Made by a program: the position numbers and the translations under genes
The notes under the pieces: model-generated
What the model was told of the DNA's origin: nothing
Seen by the model: the letters and a program-made list of their open reading frames with translations, nothing else
Database searches by the model: none
Shown here: positions 15,065 to 27,195 of the stretch, piece after piece
How the letters are laid out: every line of letters starts with the position of its first letter
How positions within the stretch are numbered: position 1 is the first letter of the stretch
NCBI RefSeq assembly: GCF_009914755.1
Contig: NC_060928.1
DNA from: the human T2T-CHM13v2.0 reference genome, Homo sapiens
Direction: 5' to 3' (one strand)
DNA length: 64,000 nt

Positions 15065-17859
15065 TGTGCTATTTCTTTAGAGTCTATTCTTGTTAACAGT
15101 CTCAAGCAAGGAAAGCACTCGCATAAGATGAGCCCATAGGTACAACAGAGATGTGGCTAAGACCTCACCTAGTTACTCCCCCAAACTTCCCAACCCTAGT
15201 AAATCAAGAATTTTAAGCGATATACTTGGAAATGATTTCATATAATTAGGAATAATTAACTCCTTGGCCATAATAGTGAAATGCCAGTCCTTGTTCTTAT
15301 TTAACTTGTTCCTTAAAATTTTGAAGTGCAATTAGTTGTTTTGAACTAGGATGAGGTGATGGAGGGAAGCCTTTTTCAAGAAATTGGTTCCAGGGCCGGG
15401 AATTTACGTTTACCCTCCTAACACCCACATAACCATGTGTTCTCTCACTGTCTGTGTTTCATTACAAGCCTTATAAATGATCATTACTGAAAAAGACATC
15501 TTGAGTCAAATTGCACAGAACATTTGAATACACTTGCCTCCCATAGAAACGTCCTAAGAATCAAATTTTAGTAACACCACTTAACTTTTGTGATATCTGT
15601 AAGGTAAATTTGGATTCTAGCAGCAGTTCTTTTATGGTAACATTACCAGATAATGTTATGCCATTGCAATTTAGATTTCATCAGATGCATTCACTTTAGT
15701 TCAGATCCAAATGTTTTTTATTTGGGTTTTTCTGTTGTCATATAAATGTTAGCTGGTGCTTCAGCCTTCCTATATTTTCCAGTACAGAAATGTATCCAAA
15801 TCAGCATTAGGGGTGAGAATAATGTGTAACTCAAGTTAGTATGTATAATCAGTTCATATTCTAAATGATATGATAATGCACCATAAAAATAGCATTTGTT
15901 ATTTAAAGTATCTGGTACCTGGAGGAAAAATACATAATATAACTAGTAATTAAATATAGGAGGAATCAGCAGTAAAAATTTTATTCAAACGTATTCAGTA
16001 TGGTTTAAGTTATTTATAATTTTGCATTATGCATCCCCATAGATTTAGAAAGTAATATTTCTACATTTGTATTATTTGACTGTTGAATAAAATTAAATTA
16101 TAAATATATATCTCAATAATTCACTTGCATATTTTAATTCTCCAGAATAAACAGTGAGTTATATCTCTCAAATCAGGAAGAAATTTTAAAACCGCATTAG
16201 ACAATCCCAAAAAATAAATACATGAAATAACTATATAATAACAGTTTGTTTGCAAAGTAATCAAATGTAAATAATATATTTATATCTATTCCATAACATC
16301 AAATAAATGTGCCGTCACATTTGACTCAATATCTACCTGTGCCCTAAATGAAAATGGTTGCATTCTAAGAGGTGTAATGGAACAGTGTAATGATGGCACT
16401 GCAGTCCTGTGAAATTTCCTCAAGATCATAATAATGAACCTGAAGCCCATAAATTTCATTATTGAGAAAATTCTGGAAATTCACTTGATTCATAGTTGGA
16501 AATATTATACTGCAATTAAATGCATATATGTTTAAAATTTCCTTGGCCATTTATCAGTGTACGTTTTTTTCAAAATTGTGTTTAATTTTAACACTGTTTT
16601 TCACTGTTTATAAATTTAAGTAGAATAGGTTATTCTTTATTTAATTCAATTTAAAATGCAGATAGTAAGGATGTGTGTTGCTTATACAATTTTCAAGACA
16701 ATGGTACTGAAATCTTTTTTAGGAATATATAAGAAATAATTAGATGGATACATTTAGCTGGAATATTCAGAATATATTTTTGCCCTTATTTAGGTCAACA
16801 TAAACTTTATGGACATCAAATTTTCTGTCAATTTATGAATTTGAGGACTTCTGATTCTTGTCGCTATTTTCTAGTAGCTAATTTCTTCACTGATCTTAGT
16901 TATGTTCTATAACTTTTTTTATCCCTGTGCAGGTTTAGATCAATAACATGAGGAAAAACTTGGAAACGTAAGGAAGGGACCAGTGGGAAAATTGAAGGCT
17001 CTATAAAACCTCCTAGCATCCCTGCTCTTGTGTGCTCCAAGACAGCCATCCACCCTTACCTCATTCTTGCCATATGGTCATGTCCACAACTATAATTTCA
17101 AAGTTCTCTGTAATATGCCAGTATGAAAAGTATTAGTAATGAATAATCAAATGAATATTAAGTGTCAGACATTTCCTAAGATTGAGCTGTAGGTCACAAA
17201 GCTAGTTAGTGGCAGAACTAAGATTTAAGATTTAAACCCAACTTTGTCCCAGGCTGTCTTTGGCTAAGAATGATGGAAATAATTATCGTGAATCATTACA
17301 TCACTAACAATGTACTCCACCACAAAAAAACACCTCATCTTATTGTATATAAGAGTTTTTGTATGAATAAAGTGAGAGACTTCAGGCATCGTTACTATCT
17401 CCTGTAGTTGAGAGACTTGAAACTTTGTTGTATCTTCATCTACCCTACACCCTCCCAAAAAATGGAAAATAAAAAATAAATTTAAAATGCTCTCATATAT
17501 CATTTTATTTTACCAATGTCATCTGATAATGTCCTAGAATATCCTTTTGATGAGGATTATGAGAGAAAAAATAAAATCTCCAGCTCCTGTCACTGTTTAT
17601 GTGTATGTGCGTGCCCAGCGTTTAGATAACTGTTTGAAATATTGTGGAAAAGATTCATAAAAGTCTCTACCAGAAGATATGCATGCCGTTTACAATGTTA
17701 AACTTCCAGAAAGTAGCCTGTGTCCTATTAAACATTGAATTATGGAAGGCTAGAATTTATGGGACAAAAATTATATAGGAATATGCCAAATTTCACATTA
17801 ATAAAGTAGAATGAAATGACAGTTATCAAAATAAAGGATAGCATTAGGATCACTTTAGC

Positions 17860-18005
17860 TCCTGGTTTGATAAAGCGTAGACCTTGGAACAGCCTCATCA
17901 GGATCATCTGAATTCTCAAGTCCCACCCCAGGCCTATGGAATCTGAATCTACCTTTCATCAGTTTCCTCATGTGATTTGCATATGAATTAAACACTGAGG
18001 AGTTT
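17860..18005 (+). mobile_element. MER5-like hAT fragment
   Basis: aattctcaagtcccaccccaggcctatggaatctgaatct ... atgtgatttgcatatg. Confidence 0.5.
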
Positions 18006-18264
18006 CAATCTAGAGAATAGTAAAAATCTTAAGTATATTTATATAAGAGACTGACTCATGACTGTGTTTTCCCAGGATATGCTGCATTGATAACAGGGGA
18101 AAGAATTGTCTCACTTTTGTCACTAAATATAACCAGATAATTTAATAGAGGCCGAGGATGAGTAGTCTACAGCCGTGATGTCTCAAAGGCAGATAACTGT
18201 TTGCAGAGGGGCACCTCTTGAGATTGGGCATCATGAAAGGGGAGGTAAGTAATCATGAAGGCAG

Positions 18265-18586
<322 letters not shown>

Positions 18587-20828
18587 TCAACACTAAAATA
18601 AGTGGAAATTATGTGCTGGCATGTGGCATTAAAAGCGTTTGATACAGACCAAAGTGGAATTGGGGGTGTCCCTGATAGAATGGTAAACATGAAAGAAAGT
18701 AGAATTTTATTTGGCAAACAGGATGGAGAGGTAGTTCTGTTGTGTAACAGCTGAGAAGGTGGTTTTGCTTTAATGTTTTTAGAAGGATTTTGTCTAGATA
18801 ACATGACAAATCTGCAAAAAATGTAGGATTTATTGATTCATTATAATTTTTCAAATACTACCTGTAAGTTATAATTCTATATATATAGGTATAGATATGA
18901 CTATGACGTACACATAAATTTAGATCTAAATAGAGGTAATACTTGAATGTTTGTTAGAGCACAGGTTGTCTTTGGTTTGTCACTTCAACTCTGGTACAGG
19001 GTTGTAAGCATCTGCAAGTGGATGAATTTCCAAGCATAATTATTACTATAATGTCATCCTCAGGATCAATGTTACAGAAAAGACCTCTAGGTTAAAACAA
19101 CATATGCTATGTATGTGTCTTTAAAACATGTTTTTAAATGACTAAATGTCTTTGCTTGAGAGTTAATGCTAACACGAAGTATGGGGACAAAAGCACTGTA
19201 GTTAAGTTTTGGGCCATTAATAGCTCAAGTCACAGCGATTGATAAGATTTATCTATTCTGCTTACCAGCTATCTGGTAGTACAGTGTGCCATAGTGATTA
19301 TAATTGCTATTATGTTTGCTCCTGCAAAATTACCAATGATAATAGTGAACTCACACAGAGAACTTACTGGGTTCAGCACTGGGGTAAGAGTTCTCATTTA
19401 ACCTCACAACCAATACATGGTGTAGATTCTATGATTAGCACCATTTAGTAGAAGAGTTGGACAACTGATAAAGAACATTGTCAAGGCTTCAAGCCAAGGT
19501 CTCAGACATAAGGGATTATGATCCTAAAGACAGCATGATGGGGCCTCTAGACTGTATCAGAAGAAAAAGTTTAAAGGAATTCATTGAAAATGAGATAATG
19601 GAAAAAAGTAGAAACAGCATGTCTCATAGGCCTGTTCCTTATAACATGATTAACAGCAGGATAGTAGTGTAAATAATATTAGTGCTTATAAATGAACTGT
19701 GATTTTTGGTTCTGGCTTGAACTAATGCTAGTTTTTCATAAGCCTTGCTATTGTAGAAAAAGAAGAATCTCCATTTCCCTTTTATTCTATCAACTTTTTT
19801 TTTTTTTATCATGACAAGCAACAGAGGTGAAGCCTATGGTCCAGAAGCATTTGATGAGGGAGTGGGGAAGATCTTTCTAATTTACAGGATTTTACAAAAG
19901 AATTTGGCATATTCCCAAATTGAAGAACCAAGCATATTAAAACTAAACATTTTCCCATAAACTATGAAACTTTTCATTGTGATGGATTCTCATTATGTCC
20001 CAGCATGCAAATATTTCTTTTGTACTGTGCAAATAGCAATAGTCTTAAAATTTATGCATATATAATGAATGGAACTACTACAGTAGCAGGTCACTCCCCT
20101 GCAAAGTGACTAAAAGTGATGCATATTCTGTAAGGAGATATATTTAAATTTTCTGTCAAGTGAAATGTCTCTGGTGTTTTGTTCTTCAATATAATGGGAT
20201 TCATTTTTGCAGAATTCTTACAGGTACACAAGTGTAGCTATAGCAACACGAGGCTGAGCACTTTGTTTCCTAAAGCACACGTCTCCGTGTAACTAGGCAG
20301 AGCCATATTTCTTGAGGTATGTTGCCCTATGCATCTGAAATAAGGAACCAGTTTTCAGTCTCAATTTCACTCTCCTTAAATTAGAATATAACTATCATTT
20401 TAATGTGGAAAATTTGTCAAATTACCATAGTGCTGCGAAAGAATCTTCTATATTTGGCTGTCTCTTCCTCTATTTTTTTAATACTAAGTGAGCATATACT
20501 TGGATCTGTAAATAACTGAGTACATAAAGTCGCTGAACACTAGGGCAGAGCACTGCTGAATCCCAAGTGCTAAGAGCTTGTTTTCTTGTCATTTGACATC
20601 TTCGTTCAAATGTAAAACATTTTTCACAACCAAAATTTCAAAACAAATTATGTAATAAATTGTCTTTGTTTACTGAAAAATATAAGCAAAAGAAAGCCAG
20701 CTGAATTGTGGAATGTATAGCGTTAAGGAAGAAGAAAGTTATGAGATAGTGTAGAACAGTCACCATGCCAGGTAGCCCATTTTTATTCTGTTTCTGCCAG
20801 AAACCACTTAGCTTCTTAGAAATGAAGA

Positions 20829-21188
20829 ACCTGGTGCAGAGTGGCTCATGCCTATAATCCCAACATTTTGGGGGGTCAAAGTGGGCAGATTGCTTGAGCC
20901 CAGAAGTTTGAGACCAGCCTGGCCAACATGGCAAAACCCTGTCTCTGGCCAACATGGCAAAACCCTGTCTCTATCAAAAAACAAACAAACAAACAAAAAA
21001 TTGCCTGGCACGGTGGCACGCACCTGTAGTCTCAGCTACTTGGAAGACTGAGGTAGGGGAATCATCTGAGCATGGGACGTCAAGGCTGCATGAAGAGCTG
21101 TGGCTGCACCACCAAACTCCAGCCTGGGTGACAGAGTGAGACCCTATCAAAAAAAAAAAAAAAAAAAGAAAGAAAGAAAGAAAAGAAA
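20829..21188 (+). mobile_element. AluJ-like with 26-bp internal duplication
   Basis: Diverged dimer, A/(GAAA)n tail, TSD AGAAATGAAGA. Confidence 0.9.
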
Positions 21189-21706
21189 AGAAATGAAGAT
21201 TCATGATTTGAGCATGTAGAGATGGGAATGGAACAGGTGACACTAATTTATTCTTTGCCTTCTTTGCAACTTTGGTACTTTAGACGGTAGCTGATTTTCA
21301 AGAGTGATGTGGGATTTCAAGAGTTATAGAGGATTTTGCAATTAACTATTAGGTAGACATAGACCTTTATTATATGTTTTATTTTTCGATGCTCCAGAGG
21401 CTCTATATCTCTGTGTCTGCAAACTAAATGCATATGAGCACATACTTCTGGCCTCTGATAGTTTGCATGGACCCTCTTGTTTGACAGTGTAAAACTCTGA
21501 ATCTCCTGCATTCAGGCTGTTACTGCTGATGAGTCTTGTCTAGTTTCTTTTTTTTTTTTTCCTGAAATCACTTTTATTAAAAAGAATGCCATATAAAACA
21601 TGTGTAATTGAATTATGTCAGCTTTCAAATTTACTATTTTTCAAACTTTAACTTAAAGCAAAAAAAAAGAGATAAATGTTAATATTCAATTAGCTTATGT
21701 TTTTGA

Positions 21707-21790
21707 ATTTCTACTTTTATTTTAGATTCAGGGGGTTAATGTGCACGTTTGTTACATGGTTATATTTTGTGATGCTGAGGTTTGGAGTTT
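21707..21790 (-). mobile_element. L1 (L1PA13-16/L1PB-type) extreme 3' end
   Basis: acttttattttagattcagggggt...gtgcacgtttgttacatgg...gtgatgctgaggtttgg. Confidence 0.75.
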
Positions 21791-22316
21791 CTCTTATTCT
21801 AAAAAAATGGGACCTTTAAATTTAAAATGCCAGCAGCAACTATCAATGCAATTATGATCTATAGAAAGAAGTTGGAAGATAAATTATACATTTAAAGCAG
21901 AACGTATAAAAACACAGATCTGAATTGAAACTACTTGTCTGTTAATCTTTGTTTATTGATTGCATGCATTTGGCCTTATTTGTTTAATAAGTCTTTTCTC
22001 ATTATAAAGTCAAAGTGTGCTCTAGTCAAAATTTTGAAAATGTAGAAGTGCATAAAAATATTACTCATAAACTTACCCATTAAAACTAGATAATAATGAT
22101 GCCAACATGTTATTTTAAGATAACAATTCTAAAACATGTCTTACCTTGTACAATCTGTTAAAAAAAAACTACTTCATAGTTTAAATCAAGAACTCTGTCA
22201 TATTCACAATGCCCCTTTTGAAAATCTTACTAAACATATTCTTATATTCTTATATTATACTTACATTTAAAAATATTTTACCACTTTTCATTCTAGATAT
22301 TTAAACATTTAAGATG

Positions 22317-22733
22317 TGTCAAAGGCAAAATAACAGCAAATTTAGTTTAAATATCTAATGGTTTTCAGAGGTTCTAGAATCAGGCAACACATCATTTTAT
22401 AAAATAAAATAAATGTTCAGATGAGCTGAGCCGAGGAAATTGGTTTCATAGGCAGGAAAGGTCTGAAGAAGGCAGAAATGGTGAATAAAAAGCAGATGAA
22501 TCATTTCAAAGTGACTTCTCTTATGGGGTTAAAATCAGAGAGGACTTCCTTATTATGCTAACAAAGTTCAACTGGACTTTCCTGTTTTTTTTGGAAAACT
22601 GGGCAGTTTCAAAATTCAATTTGAGTAGGTGGCACTTAGCATATGTGACTCCATTCTAGTTTGATCTGGTCTGCTGGGGCCTAGGGCAGGAGGCTGGTCC
22701 AAAACAATGGCCTCCCATAAACTTTCTTTAACA
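22317..22733 (-). mobile_element. ERV1 solo LTR (MER31/MER67-like)
   Basis: TG...CA ends. gtgactccatt...gatctggtctgctggggcctag...tccaaaacaatggcctcccataaa is the reverse complement of the MER31/MER67-type LTR start. Confidence 0.7.
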
Positions 22734-23206
22734 GGTGCTAAAACTCATTTGTATCATTTTGTATTGTATACTATATAATGTTACACTTATTTTTATAATA
22801 AATGCAAGAGAATAGTTTTCTCCCTTCTATTTGATTCCATTTGTTTTTTACCCCACTCATAAGCTTCTCTTGGGAAAGAACCAATTTGACGCCAATGCCC
22901 AAACACCTCTGAGTCCACAAAGAAACAGAGAGTACAACCTTCTTTGGCTAGGTTTGAATTATTAAAGAAGAGGTTTAAAAATATTTCTTGCGTCTCTCTG
23001 TGATATACTGGAAGCCTTCTGCTTCTCTCCATCTTCATAAAAGCTACTATTCAAACTGCTTCTCTTAAATTCACCTAAAGAGGTATACCTTCACTGTGAG
23101 AATGAGTATTAGTCTTCCAAAGTTTGTTTAGCTACTATTATTATTTCCATTGATTTTACACAAAGATAAAGAAAATAGCTAGAGTTGGCAAGGAGATTAA
23201 ATGTAT

Positions 23207-23348
23207 AAATATATACAAAAAAAGAAAATTCTGACTGCTTTGTTAATATGTACAAAAAGAAAATTCTGACTGTTGGAAAATTCTGACTGCTTTGAAAATA
23301 TATACAAAAAAAGAAAATTCTGACTGCTTTGAAAATTCTGACTGCTTT
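23207..23348. repeat. Irregular local repeat of GAAAATTCTGACTG (5 copies)
   Basis: Copies start at 23224, 23259, 23276, 23313 and 23331. Confidence 0.9.
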
Positions 23349-24603
23349 AATAGACCGTATAAGATTAAAACCTACATATAGCCTCTTCAGATTTTACAGT
23401 ATTTCTTTCTGATGGATAATTTTAAGGTTTAATGTATATAATCACGTGCTACACCATTACAAGGTAAATATCAGAATTTATTATTGCCAGGTAGATATGA
23501 AACTGAGACTCACATCTAAATTCAACCAAAGATACTTGTTTCTCAGTGTGTTTGTGCCAAATCAAATATAGTGACATTATCCACAGATGTATAAAGAAGA
23601 GACGGTTTTCTCTGCAGCCCACAAATGTGTGGTGAAGCTCCCTCTCCTTTAGAGGGCGCAAGTTGGCTGCCAGCTCCCTGCTGCCTAGTCAGTGACGATT
23701 TCCTGTTTCCAGTGACTAGAATCCTGCCTGCCTGGAGTTAGAAATGACCAGCACGGTAGGAGGATGGAAGATCTATAATATTAAACTTCTATGTGTTTTT
23801 TCTACCTACGCCTTGCTTTTATATCCAACTGGGATTTCTGGCCCCAAGTTTCACTTATTTATCCACGAAAGGCAATATCAAGCAGAGACTGGGTTTATGC
23901 TACTGAAACTTAACATTTCATACAGGTAATTTATGAAAGTATATCAACCCTGGAAGAGGATTTTTGAACTTCAGAATTCCCTAATAATTTTGCTGCTGAA
24001 AGAAATTTGCTCTTGGCTTTCAGAGTTTAGAGAATATAGTTGCAGATATCAATTTAATTCGGTATTTGAGTGCCTACTACATGCAAAACATTTTGCTAGA
24101 TTTCTTGAAGGATGCATGAAATAAGCTTATATTCATTATATGGTCATTACTTTAAACTAATAACTAATTTTTTTTTAGCATTTGCTCTCCCAGGCGTTGT
24201 ACTTATATTCAACGTTTCATTTAATAAATTCTCATAATAATATTTTGTGATAGACATCTTTACTATTCCTAAGTATAAAAAGGAGACAAAAAGGCTAAAT
24301 AACTTGCCAGATATCATAGCTTATTATATTAAAGGTGTTCAGTAAGGTGTATGTAGATATTAAAATCATCCTGCCTTCAAGGTTTTAGCGATCAAGTAGG
24401 AAAGACAAGAATAAAGAGAAAAAAATAAAGTATAGGTACAGCAAATGCCATAAGAAATGAGAAAAATGCTATGGAAACACTGATATGGGGGCAGTTAACT
24501 TGGTCTGAAAAACAAGAGGCTGAGGAAAGTTCTAGAGAAAGAAAGCAATCTTTCAAGCCTGACTTTGACGTATGAATAGAACTTCCATAGCTAAGACAGT
24601 TAT

Positions 24604-24916
24604 GGCTGGGCAGAGTGGCTCACTCCTGTAATCCCAGCACTTTGGGAGTCCGTGGCAGGTGGATCACTTGAGGTCAGGTGCTTGAGACCAGTCTGGCCAA
24701 CATAGTGAAACCCCTTCTCTACCAAAAAACACAAAAATTAGCCGGGCATGGTGGCGCATGCCTGTAGTCCCAGCTGCTCGGGGGGCTGAGGTGGGAGGAT
24801 TGCTTGAGCCCATTGAGGTGGGAGGTTGCAGTGAGCCAAGATTGTGCCACTGCACTCCAGCCTGGGCAACAGAGTGAGACTCTGTCTCAAAAAAAAAAAA
24901 AAAAAAAAAAAAAAAA
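24604..24916 (+). mobile_element. Alu (AluJ/Sx-like) inserted in an L2 remnant
   Basis: Full dimer with long poly-A; flanks resemble reverse-strand L2. Confidence 0.93.
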
Positions 24917-26068
24917 GACAAAGTCAGGAAGGAAAGAAAGGGCAAAGCCGAAAGACATTGCAAACTATGAGAATAGCAGGAACAAAGAGGTTGGGAAGTA
25001 CAAATTATACATGGCCCCTACCTGAATAGTTCAGTAGGCAGGTATGGATCTGCAGAGGAGGATGAGGCTATACAAATATTTTTGTTGAATGGTTTTGGAT
25101 GCACTGAATGCCAAGTCAAAGCATAAGCGATGACTTTTAGAACGGCTCTTTTGTTATTCAGTTGTGTGTGTCTCAATAACCACAGTAAACATTATCAAAA
25201 CTAACACATGACAGGGTACTTACTTTTCAGAAACCTTTTTCCACTATTTTAGGGAATTCTCTGCTAAAGAAAAGAAATCATAGGCAGGTAAGTGAGAGAG
25301 AGTTCTTAGGACTTCAATGGAGTGGTAGCTTCTGGAATAGGAGTGAGGCATTCCTGATACTCCAAAAGTTAGGAAACTCAGGACAATTATGTATGACGTT
25401 AAATTGTTTTCCGTTTTGAATTTACACTCCAAAATTTTAGACTGGAAAACTCATTTGTTTCTCACAGATATTGCTTCCTCCATTTTCATCCTGTTGTCCA
25501 TAGCTAAAACTATGGCCCTATGCTTAGGATTAGAGAAGAATCCTTATCTTTCAAACTGCTTTTTAAAATTAAACAAATGAAATATTGATTCTTCATTTCA
25601 CAGATATATTATTCAAACAAAATTCAAAGCTAATATTAGGATATAGATTACTTGTAAATAATCAATACCTATTCAACATTATTTGACACTAAAGATTGAT
25701 AAATATTTGTAAATATCAAGCTTTTCAGAACCTTGAAACATGGCCTAAATTGCAGTTGATCTTGCCATTATCCTTTAAGTGATCTTCATCATTTATTTTA
25801 TAATCATTTTTATTGCTTTGTTTTATATTTCCTGAAGGAGAATTAAAGTTGTTATTTCAAAACAAGGAAGAAGTTATTTATAGTGCTTTATTTGCTACAC
25901 ATGAAAATATTTAATCTAAATATAATATTTAAGGCTAAAATGTTGGATTTGAGTTCTTGAGTTTTTAAGCTATGTTCTTATCATTATCAACTGAAGGTTG
26001 TATACATGAGCAATATATTAAAAATATTTTGTCAATATATTTCTATAGTTAGAAATATATATTGATCA

Positions 26069-26267
26069 TAGATGCTCTTGGATTTGCAATAGGATTACAT
26101 GCAGATAAACACATTATAAGTTGAAAATAGCATAAATCAAAAGTACATTTCAGCAACCTCATTGTAACCAAGGAGGATACTGAATGCATATAGCTTCCAC
26201 ATTGTCAAAAAGTCAAAAAAAAAACAAAGAACCATAAGTCAAACCATTGTAAGTTAAGGACCCTCTT
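26069..26267 (+). mobile_element. MER47/Tigger5-like TcMar fragment
   Basis: agatgctcttggatttgcaataggattaca...gataaac...taagttgaaaat ... actgaatgcata ... aaccattgtaagttaaggacc. Confidence 0.65.
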
Positions 26268-26676
26268 TATAAATTTTTCTTTTGATAACTGAGAATAGAG
26301 TAAAATACCATGAGTTTATTATTTGCTTATAAGATTTTAAATATTTTAATCTTGGATTTGTATTACATTTGAACTCCTGCAGATATGCTGGTGATAATAT
26401 AATTTTTTTAAAAAACTCTTATTGTAAAGAAACCTCATTAGTAGTTTAGGCGTTTTTGACATCCTGTAGGTGGCCATTTTCCACATTCTATTTTCCTCAG
26501 GAAAATAAATTATAAATCATTTAGTAAATTGAAATTACAAGGAAATGGGAAGCTAATACAGGAAAATAACCAGATGTAGATTTAGGACCTTTCTTGGATG
26601 TGCTCAAGAAGAGTGACCTTAGACAATTATTTGAAAGACTGCTTCCTGCTCATCTTTTACTCGCAGGTCTTACTCC

Positions 26677-27195
26677 TGTCAAAGAACAAAATTTCAACAA
26701 ATTGAGTTTTTAAAGATCTAATTAGCTTTTATTAGTGATTCATGAACTGAGCAGCATCCAGTCTATAAAGTACACAGGAGCTCCTCTGCATCTGATAGAA
26801 AAGTCAGTTTGTGTAAGGCAGCTGGAGCAGGAACAAGGGAACAGCCTAGTGCACAAAGTGGACTGGTCAGTATCAGGTTACTTCACGTTACTTTCCTTGC
26901 ATGGGTTACAGCACAGGAAGCCCTTACCATAGCAGCTCAGGCTGACTGGACCCCTTCAGATTGGTTGCTGTGAGTCTCCTGGCTTTTTTTTTTTTCCATG
27001 AAACCAGCCTACATGGAAATCTGACTTTCACCTCTCCCCTGATTTCTTAGAAGGTCACATCTTACAAGTAAACAGCTTGGTTTTGGTTTGGTGACATGGG
27101 ACCTTAACCTGAGTGACTCCATTTTGGGTTGGTCTGTTAGGGTGTAGTACAGAAGCACAGTCCAAATCAATGGCTTCCCATAGATTTTATTAACA
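26677..27195 (-). mobile_element. ERV1 solo LTR (MER31/MER67-like)
   Basis: tgtcaaagaac...taaagatctaattagcttttattagtgattcatga ... gtgactccattttgg...tccaaatcaatggcttcccatagattttattaaca. Confidence 0.7.

Noticed and set aside
23207-23348. Repeat-spacer pattern as a CRISPR array (likewise 37016-37139)
   Set aside because: Primate context, short repeats, irregular non-unique spacers and no cas genes.
22317-27195. Two related same-orientation ERV1 LTRs about 4 kb apart as a possible provirus
   Set aside because: They differ in length and sequence, share no TSD, and the interval holds L2/MIR remnants with no gag/pol similarity. They are better explained as independent solo LTRs.
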